Origin: Eledone cirrhosa | Taxonomy: Eukaryota | Direction of reading: 5' to 3' | Length of the DNA stretch: 64,000 bases | NCBI GenBank assembly: GCA_964016885.1 | Contig: OZ024748.1 | Span: 30,442,001 to 30,506,000 of the forward strand | Shown here: in pieces, positions 13,303-51,530 of the stretch | Position numbering within the stretch: the first letter of the stretch is position 1 | How the letters are laid out: each line of letters begins with the position of its first letter | Position numbers and translations under genes: made by a program | Notes under the pieces: generated by a model | The model's input: the letters and a program-made list of their open reading frames with translations, nothing else | Database searches by the model: none | Told to the model about the DNA's origin: nothing

Positions 13303-13445
13303 AAGGCCAGCAATTATCCCAGTGTATTACTGGTACTTTATTTTATCGATCCCATACGGATGAAAAGCTGAGGTTAACTTTGTCTTTCTTCCTTACGGGG
13401 TCGATAAAATAAAGTACCAGTAATACACTGATAATTGCTGGCCTT
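13303..13445. repeat. Long inverted repeat of two SINE halves (~60-bp stem)
   Basis: aaggccagcaattatc..cagtgtattactggtactttattttatcga / tcgataaaataaagtaccagtaatacactgataattgctggcctt. Confidence 0.9.
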
Positions 13446-13689
13446 GTGCCAAAAGTAGAAACTGTGTATTTTTTCAACCTGTTAGTTCTTGCATTACATT
13501 GATATTGTGTGTTAGATTTTGCCTACCACAATTTGTCAAGTTATTTAAACGCATGTTATTACTCTAAAGACCTACCTTGTCGAGTGCTTTGCTAACTCAT
13601 TCATATCGTAGGCCAAATTTGCTTGCACACCGCCAAAGATTCGATTTTACTAAGCTTCCAATTATATATATATATATATGGGCTAAATG

Positions 13690-14940
13690 AGATTTCTCAA
13701 AGTTCTTTATACCTTTGTGGCAGACAGTTCTCCATCTTTTACGGTTGGCAGTCATGGCTTCAAACGAAGAAAGAGGTACGTTGGCAGACTTAAGATTGTA
13801 CTTCAGTTTGTCTTTATATCAGAGTAGTGACCTGCCCACACTATGCACACTATCCTGGAGCTGACTACAAGAGAACCTTAGGTGTACAGTCCTCAGACAT
13901 CTGTAGGACATGACCAGCTCATCTGAGTTGGGATTGCATCAGAAATGACTCAATGTTGTGCCTTGCGAATAGTTCGACATTGGAGATTGTCGGAAAGTGC
14001 ATATCCACAGACAGAAAGACAGTGTGGAAGACATCAAGCTTATGTATGTGAGTTAGGTAAAATATCCATGACTGAGCTGTATAAGAGTGTTAGTATCACT
14101 GCATGATAAACTGCAACTTTTGTTTTCAGGGATATACCTCTGGCACTCCATAGGCAGTGATGTAGTTTGCCAAAAGCATCGGTTCCCTTGTAGAGATGCA
14201 GAATGGTTCAGCTTGCTGCCAAGGTAAGTAAAGAAGCTCACATATTTCAGATCTTTGCCGTAAACAGTGATGGGTGCAAGAGGATGACGGTCTCCTGCAT
14301 GCCTGGGGGATGGCTTCGGTTGATGTACCACCTCAGGCTTCTTGATGCTGATTGTTAGACCAAAAGCCTTACAGGCAAGCGAAAAGCAGTTCATCAATTC
14401 CTGTGCTTCTTTGAGGGATGTTGCAACAAATGCAGCATCATTAGCAAACAGTAAAGTGCTGGTGGCTGAATAGCCCACCTGATGTACAGAACTCGAATCT
14501 GACACAAGTGTCTAAATCACCAAATGCATGCTGGAGCATTACAGAAATGAACAAAGCAAAGAGGACAGGAGCCATGACACAACTCTGCTTCACACCATTT
14601 GTAACAGAACAGAGTTCAGAGCATTCACCATAACTGATGCTTCCATGCCCTCATGGAAGGATATGATATTTAGCATATCAGGTATGCCAAGCTTTTTCAG
14701 GATTTTCCAAAGAGATTTGTGATTGACAGTGTCAAAGGCCTTAGTCAGGTCAACAAAAACATAAACGGCTCTTGGTTCTTTTCACAAACCTCTGCAACCT
14801 GGTGAAGAGAGAAAATCGTGTTTTCTCATAGGAAATCCTAAGATCTCAACAGAGACTGCATAGGTGGCATCTTTGAGCACTTTCCAGGAAGCCTTAATGT
14901 CATCAGAAACCTGTCCAGAGTCAAGCTTCGCAGAAAGTTT
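13690..14940 (-). mobile_element. Degenerate RTE/BovB-like LINE fragment
   Basis: Disrupted frames FVDLTKAFDTVNHKSLWKILKKLG, LLFANDAAFVA..FGLTISIKK, FTYLGS. Confidence 0.85.
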
Positions 14941-16439
14941 CAGCCTCCCATCAACTGATCACAGCTTGCCCATTTCAATCTCATGTGGGATAGGTGGCCT
15001 CTGAAGACGCCTTTTGTTTGGAAGATTGAATGAAATCTTACTGCGCAGCACTGCATGATTCGAGAGATAACAAGAAGAGTGAAAAAATGAGTGATTTTAA
15101 AATCTTTTATGTAATGCCTGCGAGTGATGCATCCATGTTGTTTTATGATTTGCACATTGTTGAAAGAAGCTGTTGGTGATGCTGAGATCAAATTCTTTAC
15201 AGAGTGAGAACAACCTAAGCCCATTGGAGTTCTTAGTAGTATGTAAACAACAAAATTTAATATAGAAATGGCTTCTACAAGACTAGAACTGTTTCATTCG
15301 AAAGAAATCATCAGGAAAGCCTGATATATATATGTATCAGTGAGTGTGTTCTGTTATTATTTCTGGCAATATTATTACAACAATATGACCCTCCCCAAGT
15401 ATAACAATATTTGTTTCGACATACGATTTCATATCAAAAACCTTGCAAAACAAATTCATCGTCGTCATATATATGTATATATTTATTTAGGTTTGTTGGT
15501 TCACAACTGGATAGAACTGGTCATTCCGTATGGTCAACCTCGATGTAACATTATGGAGAGCACTCAACGTAATGCAACTCACCCGTCTTCATTTGTGTAG
15601 TTGGTGGTGCGAGTACGGAGTTAATTATTATAAAATAACAGGAGACTGGACTGGTGTAATTCCTTAAAAGGTTTATTATACTATGATCATTTCAATGACT
15701 GGGCTCAGTATGAATCCGGTGACATCATCAGGTTTTCGAAATATAACAAAGGAATATAATAGACAAAATCCTTGGGGCTGAAAATCAGAGACATGAGGGC
15801 GACCGAACATTTAGCAGCTTCTACCCCGGCTGGCTGTGTATAATATATTTATGATAAATATTGATGCAATTCAATTCAAGCACTCAATGTCATGTTACTT
15901 CTTCCAAATAAGAATGACGGAGTATATTTAGAATAAGGAAAATTTGAAGTTGTAGATGTTAAAGAGTCCTTTATTGATAAGGCAGTGATACATATTTCAA
16001 TGATGACAGTGGCCACATGATTTCACATAATCAGTGTCATGATCTCATCAGACAGCTTCATTATATAATAAGGTTACATTCTCAAGGCAATCCAAACTAA
16101 AGTGGCAAGGGAATGGACAAAAAATAAGGTGTTTAAAGCCTTCATCTGTTCCCCTGTGAGTTTTAATTCCCCTCCACAGATATGTGAAGGAAGTTGACCA
16201 ACTAACTACTCCCCAAAACAATGCTAGCCGAGGTAAGCCTCTCCCACATCAATCTCCCCAATCCCAGCTGGTGAGATGACAAGGTCACAGAATCCAAGTT
16301 AGCCAATAAGTTACAGTTTGCTGCCAGCCCAACAGCAGAACTCTGTGGTAGGGTATATGTGTCACTACTACCCATATTTATGTTGGGACAATAGTGTTGA
16401 CCTTTGTGTGTGTGTATATATATATATATATACACACAC

Positions 16440-16476
<37 letters not shown>

Positions 16477-16679
16477 CACTCACTCACTCACTCACTCACA
16501 ATGCATATACAGGAATTGAGACAAAGTCAAATAATATTTCCATACTTTACTACATGAAATATAATCACATAGGAATACCATAAGCTAGTCCTATTCTTCC
16601 TTGTTCATGCTTGTGTGTATTGAATTGCCATCATTTGCAAGATATGTTTGTCAATAAAATTTTTGATTTCATTTCGAAT

Positions 16680-42713
<26,034 letters not shown>

Positions 42714-43897
42714 TTTGATGAAAGTGACACGATGACCACTTCTTCTCCACCTCTTCCTCTTCTGTTTCACACACGTTAGTAACTTCACACAATTTACAAA
42801 CGTCTTCCTACTTCTTCTCAAAGCAATTTCACATAAGTTACAGAGGGTTTCCTTCTCCTTCTCCCTCAAACAACTTCACATACGTTATAAGGGGGCTTTC
42901 TCCTTCTACTCCAAGCAATTTCACCCAAGTTATAAGGGTTTTTCTTCTCCCTCTCTAAATATTTTTACACAAGTTACAAGGGGGGCTCTTCTCCTTACAG
43001 AAGGGCTCCTTTTATTGATTTTTTATATATTTTTTGTTTCTATTGTGTTTGGATAAGAAAATACATAGAGATATTCTTTCTTGTGTGTGGGGTGGCTGGA
43101 GAGAGGCTTGTTTTACAAATAATAGAAAACCTTGTTTAAAATTTTTGCATATCAAAAAATGAATTTGCTAAAAAAATAGTTCATGTAATTTCATTTTTTT
43201 AAGAGATGAATTTTTCTTTTTTTTTTTTTCTGTGTGCGTGTGTTAAAGAGAGACAGTGGTGGAGTGTCAGTGACAGAACAGAAGAGAATTATGTGAGCTG
43301 TAAATATGTGATTAGATTTGGTTGAGAAAGTGTATATATATTATATATGGAGAGAGAGATATGAAAAAAGGGAGAGAGAGAGTAAGAGAGGGAGAGACGG
43401 TACCTCCAAGAAGAATAGTAAATGTTTCAGGTCAGGTTTGTTCTCAAGATTGATGTGGTGGTGAACTATGCAAACATTCGGGGTGAAATTTGTATAATGG
43501 TGTCACAATTGCTTATTTCTTTGCTTGTTTTTTCAAATCGTAGGGACACCGTGGTGTAGCGCTCTTCTGTGCATGTCGTGGTTGCGGGGGCCAGCCAGAT
43601 CTCAGAATTAATGTGGCACCCAACTATATATACACCAAACAGTGGCTGGTCCACACTTTTATGTTGTCAACCGGCCATAAATAATGTTTACTGAAGATCA
43701 AAACATCACACAAAGTATTGTTGAGATGTTAACCAACAAAGAAGACTTTTCTTTGTAATGACCGGTTATCGACTGTTCTTATTGATCACCTTTAGAAAGT
43801 AACCATGTGTTTTATGTCTAATGTCTTCAGTAGTAACACAGAGTAGGATGACCACGAAAAGATTGAAGATCAGAGAATTGTCTTTAAACTGTCCCTG

Positions 43898-45790
43898 AAC
43901 AACAACAATAACATAACAGCAACAGTAACAACTGCAACAACAACAACAACAGTAACAACTGCAACAACAACAGTAACAACTGCAACAACAACAATAACAA
44001 CTGCAACAACAACAGTAACAACTGCAACAACAACAATAACAACTGCAACAACAACAGTAACAGCAGCAGCAATAACAGTAACAACAACTGCAACAACAAT
44101 ATTAAGAACAACTGTTTGTGGTGGTGGTGTTGGGGATGGTAGTGGTGGTGGCTGTGGTGATGTTGGGGATGGTGGTGGTGGTGGTGGCTGTGGTGATGTT
44201 GGTGATGGAGGTAGTACAGGTGGTGCTGGTGATGTTGGGGATGGTGGTGGTGGTGGTGGTGGCTGTGGTGATGTTGAGGATGGTGGTGGTGGTGGTGATG
44301 TTGGGGATGGTGGTGGTGGAGGTAGTACAGGTGGCGCTGGTGATGTTGGGGATGGTGGTGGTGGTGGTGGTGGCTGTGGTGATGTTGAGGATGGTGGTGG
44401 TGGTGGTGATGTTGGGGATGGTGGTGGTGGAGGTAGTACAGGTGGCGCTGGTGATGTTGGGGATGGTGGTGGTGGTGGTGGTGGCTGTGGTGATGTTGAG
44501 GATGGTGGTGGTGGTGGTGATGTTGGGGATGGTGGTGGTGGAGGTAGTACAGGTGGCGCTGGTGATGTTGGGGATGGTGGTGGTGGTGGTGGTGGCTGTG
44601 GTGATGTTGAGGATGGTGGTGGTGGTGGTGATGTTGGGGATGGTGGTGGTGGAGGTAGTACAGGTGGCGCTGGTGATGTTGGGGATGGTGGTGGTGGCTG
44701 TGGTGATGTTGGTGATGGAGGTAGTACAGGTGGCGCTGGTGATGTTGGGTGGGGGTGGTGGTTTCTTTTTTTAATCATTGTTATGGTTGCTGTTGTTGCT
44801 GTTGCTGCTGTTGCTGCTGTTGCTGCAATTAGTGCTGTCGTGTTGTTTGTTACATTAAATGATGTTATTGATGATCTGGTTAAAGCTGCTGCTGTTGTTG
44901 CTGCTGCATACACTTTCAGTTTTGTTTTTGTAACAAGTACTGTGATGGTGGTGGTGGTGGTGGTGGTGGTGATGGTGGTAGTGGTGGTGGTGGTGGTGGT
45001 AGTGGTGATGGTGGTGTGTGATGGTGGTGGTGGTGGTAGTGGTAGTGGTGATGATGGTAGTGGTGATGGTGGTGGTGGTAGTGGTGATGGTGGTGTGTGA
45101 TGGTGGTGGTGGTGGTGGTGGTGGTGATGATGGTAGTGGTGATGGTGGTGGTAGTAGTGGTGGTGGTGGTGGTTGTGGTGGTGGTAGTGGTGATGATGGT
45201 GGTGGTGATGGTAGTGGTGATGGTGGTGGTGGTAGTGGTGATGATAGTGGTGGTGGTGATGATAGTGGTGGTGGTGATGATGGTAGTTGTGATGGTGTTG
45301 GTGGTAGTGGTGATGGTGGTGGTGGTGGTGGTGGTGGTGATGGTGGTGGTGGTGTGTGATGGTGGTGATGGTGGTGGTGATGATGGTAGTGGTGGTGGTG
45401 GTGGTGGTGGCGGTGGTGGTAGTGGTGTTGATGGTAATGGTGATGGTGGTGGTGGTAGTGGTGATGGTGGTGGTGGTGGTGATGGTGATGGTTGTGGTGG
45501 TGGTGCTGATGGTGGTGGTGGTGATCGTATGAGATGGTGATGGTAGAAGTATTGATGGTGCTATTGATGCTGATGGTATTGGTGGCGGTGTTATTAGCGG
45601 TGGTGGTGGTGGTGGTATTGGTGGTGGTGGTGGTATTGACGAGGATGATGGTTGTGGTTGTGGTGATGATGATGGTTGTGATAGTGGTGGTAATGATAAT
45701 GATGAGGGTTATGGAAGTGGTGGTGGTGATGATGATAATGGTGGTGGTTGTGGCAGTGGTGGTTGTGATGATGATGATGATGATTATGGT
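43898..45790. repeat. Compound trinucleotide tract (AAC)n/(GGT)n/(GAT)n with 111-bp higher-order repeat
   Basis: gtggcgctgg recurs at 44331, 44442, 44553 and 44664. Confidence 0.92.
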
Positions 45791-46036
45791 AGTTATATCG
45801 ATGAATATGTACATATATATATGTATGTGTGTGTCTGTGTTTGTGTGTATGTGCCATTGTATGTATGTGCATGCAAGTGTATGTGTTTGTGTTAACATCT
45901 TTGCATTGTTACATGTATATACATGTCTGTCTTATCTATGTATATGGATGTATATCTGTGTGCATGTATGTATGTATATGTATGAATGTTTGTATGCATG
46001 CATATGTATGTATCTATGCATGTATGTATGTATGTA

Positions 46037-46635
46037 TGTCAGGTCACCAGTTGGTGCTACTGGTTGTATCCCAGTACAACATGTCTCATGGTCGGGTCAT
46101 TGGCGACTAAACTGGCAACCCCACCAAGGTTTCTTGGTGAGGAGGGTGACTTTGGACATCCTGCAGGACTAAAAACAAAATCTGTCAAAGGAGCTCTTAA
46201 GAGTCAATGGCCATCCAAAATCACTGGGCGAGATAACCCCTTAGCCTTTGTCAAGGCAGAATTCTAGGAGAAGGAAACCTCTGATATAGCACCTGCAACC
46301 CTGATGGTATCCAATGATGTTGACTTGTTCTTCTTTTTGGTAAATATCATCTTGGTTAAGAGAGTGGGACTGGCTTTGTGCAGTGCCTTTGCTCACTATA
46401 AAAGTTTCACGGCACAGGCATTGCTTTATATCTGGAGATCTCTCTGCACTTGTCATCACAGGGTACAATGGGCCCAGCACTATGTGTCAATGATTGTCAC
46501 AAGTGTAGTGTTTGTACCAGAGTTTTCAAGTCGCTGGCTGGACTAAAAAGTCACACTCGTTCAGCGCATCGGTAGGGGTTCTCCTACATGGATATAAAGT
46601 AGTGGCCATACTCGAAAACGAGTTGGCAGCCACCA
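46037..46635 (+). mobile_element. Third full copy of the 610-bp bipartite RTE element (opposite orientation); related 5' fragment at 46672-46832
   Basis: Reverse complement of the 32-33 kb units with few substitutions; flanked by (TATG)n. Confidence 0.87.
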
Positions 46636-46926
46636 TGTATGCATGAATGTATGTATATATATATATATATCGGGTCACTCTTGAGTGCTACATGTAACAT
46701 GTAACATGTAACCCAGTACAACCTGTCGCATGGTCGGGTCATCGGCAACTCAACCGGCAACCCCACCAAGTTTACTTGGTGAGGAGGGTGATTTTGGACA
46801 CCCTACAGGACTAAAAGCAAAACCTGAAAAAGGCTGTTATGGATGTTTGTCTGGTTTACAGTATGAGGCGAGACCGTGGTCTATGTGTGTTTTAAAAAAA
46901 TAAACAGTAAAAAAATCTTCCAGATA

Positions 46927-47300
46927 CTACAGATTCTTCATTTTACTATTCGTGTATAGTAGAAGATTTCTAGGTGTTTCCACTCCTGAACAACCTACAT
47001 ATAACTGTCCATAGGTAAAAAGTGATTCTCTCGTATTCAATTCTACAACTTTGAAACTCTGAGACTGAGCTTTATGTATAGGCCATAGCAAAATTGACTC
47101 TAACAGGGAACTGAAGTCTTGAGAATTTGAATGGCAGCTTGGTAGAGGAAGGGATAAGAGAGATCTTGGGAATAAATGCATTTTCTCCTTGATGATTGCC
47201 TCCAAGAATAGTGACCTCTAGGAGATGGCTCATCATCCTCCTGGTTGTAAAGTGTGTGCCATTGTATAGATGTAGCAGGTCCACGTTTTTCCAAACGATG
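46927..47300 (-). mobile_element. Helitron RepHel (PIF1-like helicase) relic
   Basis: LYNGT..LEVTILGGNHQGENAFIPKISLIP..FSRLQFPVRVNFAM / KAQSQSFKVV..FTYGQLYVGCS, typical Helitron helicase C-terminal motifs, frameshifted. Confidence 0.88.
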
Positions 47301-47767
47301 ATGGAAGTTCCAATATTTTATATATCTAGATATAGATATATAGATATAGATAATTGTATATAAATGTGTGTGAGAGAGAGAATGTGGGTGTATGTGTGTA
47401 TGTGTGTGTAAACCAGCATCCGAATCGTGTGTTTAATTCTCTCTGTATCTGATTAAGTATTTACGTGAAGATGTATGTGTATGTAAATTACTAAGGCCTA
47501 ACGTATGAAACAAATACACAAACATACATACACACTCACAGACACATACACACTCATATACAAAATGTTACATCGTCATCGTGTTATAAAATATCCATTT
47601 ATTTATAATTGTCTATAGTAGATTATTTTAGATAAAGCGTTACATTGTTTTAATCCAAATGAAAATAAAAATTATATGTTGAACTCCCATTTTACATTTG
47701 ATTTGATTTGATTTGGTCGAGCCATTTGGGAATGCATAAGAAAGAGAGACAAAGAATTTTATATATA

Positions 47768-48235
47768 TAAAGGTTTCTCTCTGAAAAGGAAAGACAGATT
47801 GTATGATGCTTGTATACAAACAGCAATGTTATATGGCAGTGAGACATGGGCATTGTGTGCAGAGAACCTGCACAGACTGGAAAGGAACGAAGCATGCACG
47901 CTCCGTTGGATGTGCAATGGTAATATACATGAACGGCAAAACATAAATGAACTAAGTGAGAAATTAGGAATAAGAGGGATCAGATGCTGTTTACTCGAGA
48001 GAAGATTACGTTGGTATGGTCACGTGAAGCGCATGAAAGACGACAGCTGTATAAAAAAGTGCAGGGCAATCAAACTTGAGGGAAGTTTCAGAGTAGGTAG
48101 ACCCAAAAAAACCTGTGACGATCTGATAAAGTCCGACCTTGCACACTTACATCTCTCTAAGACAATGTCACTGGATTGAGATCTTTTGCGGCACGCAGTA
48201 TTACAGAAGACCCGCCTTCCCTACGTGCAAAGTTA
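47768..48235 (+). mobile_element. RTE 3' fragment
   Basis: YDACIQTAMLYGSETW..RLERNEACTLRWMC..RRLRWYGHV. Confidence 0.88.
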
Positions 48236-48759
48236 ACCTACAGTCTGTAGGCCCCTCCAAACCAAACACACCCCGACCCACTACCCCACTCCCACCAACA
48301 CCATCCTTTCTCTATAAAGTTATGTTGGTATCACATCCAGTCCAAACTAATGAGGTTGTGTAGGTGTCACGACAAAAAAACAGACAATCCACACTGTAAT
48401 GTGGCCGTGTAGGTAACACGATAAAAAGCTCCCAGTCCACACTGTAAATGTGGTTGGTGTTAGGAAGGGCATCCAGCCGTAGAAAACCTGCCAGATAGTC
48501 CTATACGAGTGAGACACGGTCACCCGACCAATCTTGCATCAAGTGGGACAACTCCCGTCTTAGCGTGGAAGATAGACGTTAAATGATGATTATGATGATG
48601 ATATACGAGTATATATATATATATATATATACACTTACACACATATATATATATAAACTTATGTATGTATGTGTATATATACACATGTATGTATACACAT
48701 ACATACATAAGTTTATATATATATATGTATGTGTGTAAATGTATATATATATATACACT

Positions 48760-48795
<36 letters not shown>

Positions 48796-49043
48796 TATGT
48801 ATGTATGTGTATATATACACATGTATATATGTGTATATATAAACATATGTATGTATGTGTATATATATGAATATATATGTAATTTGGAAGTATTTTGACG
48901 AACTTTGAATAAAAGAAGAGTACTCAATAAGCTGTTAGGGTTAATTTATTTATTACTATAGAGTAAATAATTATTTCTATTATTCTACAACTCTAGGTTT
49001 CATGATACATAGAGCATTCATAAGATATATAAGATATACAGAG

Positions 49044-49482
49044 CAGCGACTCCTAACCTTTTCTGCCATGGACCAGTGCCATGTAAGAGAATCTCTCTAT
49101 GGACCGAGTGTGTTTTGTTATTTGCGGGATTGACACCAATCCCGCAAATAACAAAACACAATAAACAATAAAGTGCAAATTATATAATTTTATTTTCAAT
49201 GTAATTATTACATTTATATTGTAAATATAACTCAGCTAAACATAATGCAGATTCAATGAGAGCCCTAAGCTTGTTTGGCTCCAACTAGACGGTCCCATCT
49301 AGGGGTGTGATGGGAAACAGTGACACCTGAAGTGTGTTCCTTATGTCTAGTTTACTCTGTAGTTTTGTTTTGGTTGCTGCAATAGTCAATAAAATGGAAA
49401 AAAAGTGTATATTCTTTCAGTGCAGCCCAGTACCAAATTGTCCACAGCCCGATACCAACCGTGGCCTGGTGGTTGGGGACTG
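49044..49482 (-). mobile_element. Non-autonomous hAT-Charlie (MER1/Charlie3-like) DNA transposon with 8-bp TSD
   Basis: Ends cagcgactcctaacc / ggttggggactg; TSD atacagag (49036-43) / atatagag (49483-90); transposase C-terminus relic ATKTKLQSKLDIRNTLQVSLFPITP/RWDRLVGAKQA*GSH*. Confidence 0.85.
49109..49160. repeat. Perfect 24-bp hairpin, 4-nt loop
   Basis: tgtgttttgttatttgcgggattg-acac-caatcccgcaaataacaaaacaca. Confidence 0.95.
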
Positions 49483-49904
49483 ATATAGAGCATTCACAAA
49501 ATGGATATGTCCAGCTTTGAGAGAAAGGCCTTGACTCATATTTTATATATCTGATGAAAGCTCTATTTAACATGAAATTTAAAATCAATGGATAAATATA
49601 TAATATTTATCTACTGCATTATATAGAGGGATATTTCTTTTTTTTTACTGCGTTTAATCCAACATAGAAGCAGTCAAACATGAACTGAACGGACACTCAG
49701 TGCATATAACTAAGCAGAATATGGATTCTAAGGTGTTGGCAGTGACTTTGAACTTTCAGCTGGTATGTATAAAATTAAGGAAAAGATCAGAATAAAATGC
49801 ATACAGTTAAATGAAGTACTTAATACATTAAAAGAAAAAGCATATTCATTTTATATAGAAATTACTTTTACAGGACTAGAACTGTTTCATTTGTATTAAA
49901 TCAT

Positions 49905-50850
49905 CCTCATCATTATCGTTTTTATTTTCGTTTTTCCATGCTTGCATGGGTTGGACGGGTCTTTTTCAGTTCATCATCTCTCCACTCCCCACGTTTCTTC
50001 ATTATCTCCTCTGTGAGTCTCAGTGATTTGAAGTCAGCTCTCACCACTTCTGCCAAGGTTTTTCTCAGTCTACCTCTACTATGGCTTCCATCCACTAGCA
50101 TTTCCTGGCACCTCTTCACCCATCGATCATCATCCATATCTCAGTGCATCCAAATTCTGCCTTTCTCTCACATTTATATTGCATATCCAATGAAGCATGG
50201 CGGCTTCATTTCTCTCCAGTCTATGCATGTCCCCTGCAGTCACTGCCCATGTTTCGCTACCATGCAACATCACTCTTTGCACACATGCATCATAGAGTCA
50301 TCCTTTTGTATATAGGGAGAAACCTTTTGTTGTCAACAGTGGGAGTAGCTCTCTAAACTTCTACCATCCTAGCCTTATTCTAGCTATTTATGCTCTCAGA
50401 GCACCCTCATTCACTGCTGATTAAGTCACTTAGATAACAGAAGCTATCAACGTCGTCTATGGATCCTTCCTGTGACTTGAAGAGGTTCATATCACTGACG
50501 CTCTTCTTTTTGATTTGGTCCATTAGTTTTATTTCTCAATAGTTGCTCCTTTCTAGAGCATCACCTTTGGCCTTGTAACAATTTATGATTGTACTGCTGC
50601 ACCTGTCATTGGGTATGACTCCGTCCTGTATTATCTGATTGACTATGCTGATTACTAATTCGACTTCTTCTTCCCCCAATCTTTGATGGTCCCACAGCTT
50701 TACCATTCTTCATCTCTTCGATTGCAACTTTGACTCTATAACTGTCAACTTCAATAGCTGGTCCTTCTGTTGGGTAGGTTGGGGGTTGTTTCTCTTCCTC
50801 CCATTCAGTCTCTACATTCATCAATTTCTCATGGTAACATTTCCAGGGCT
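49905..50850 (-). mobile_element. Deleted, degenerate copy of the 27.5-kb RTE family
   Basis: MNVETEWEEEK..PTEGPAIE..MKNGKAVGPS; DRWVKRCQEM..KTRPTHASMEKR; tail. Confidence 0.88.
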
Positions 50851-50884
50851 CTTTCTACACACACACACACATATATATAAATAT

Positions 50885-51335
50885 AAAGAGATAGAGAAGT
50901 TCAAGTATCTCAGGGCCATGTTCACAAATGATGGAAAGCAGGAGGCTGAATTAAGTTCAAGAATTGCAGGAGCTGGTGCAGTTATGCACCTGTTTAAGCA
51001 TTCAGTAATCAGAAGAAGACGTAAAAACCAATTTGCTATTCGTGCCAACACTTACCTATGGTCATGAATCTTGGGTGATGACCGAAAGAATACGATTGCG
51101 AATAAAAGCGGCCAAATTGAGTGATCACAGCTCCGATACTATGTGGGTAGAATCTGGACAGATTTTATGGCAGGAGACCCAGGGGTAAACTCCGAGGAAG
51201 ATCCATGAGCTTGGCTGGTCACATTTGGGGATCCAGCTGGATCAGCTGGAGATGGTTGCTTCTGACAAGACCCACTGGAAAGGAGTGTTTGAAGACTCTG
51301 CCCACACAAGCCTCTCAGGAATAAGTTTGCGAAGA
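50885..51335 (+). mobile_element. Internally deleted copy of the 38.7-40.1 kb RTE family
   Basis: Shares aagtatctc.gggccatgttcaca..gatggaa, ggtcatgaatcttggg and ctctcaggaataag blocks with 39.5-40.1 kb. Confidence 0.82.
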
Positions 51336-51354
51336 AGATATGTATATATATATA

Positions 51355-51530
51355 TACGAGGGTATGCTGAAAAGTTCTTAGGATGACTATGAAGGAGTGA
51401 TACTAGAGCTGTGAAATCTTGCATGCATTAATTTCAGCTCTTCTTATTAATAACTGTATTGTTTCTTTCCAAGGACTATGTTGAAAAATAAACCTCATTT
51501 GGTTATTCCATGAGTATCTTGGTCAGCCTA
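51355..51530 (+). mobile_element. Mariner-type non-autonomous element
   Basis: TA + tacgagggtatgctgaaaagtt mariner-style TIR after (TA)n; internally deleted. Confidence 0.6.

Noticed and set aside
43870-45898. Long Pro/His/Thr/Val-rich ORFs (347 aa, 218 aa etc.)
   Set aside because: Open in several frames on both strands only because trinucleotide repeats lack stops; no splice or domain support.
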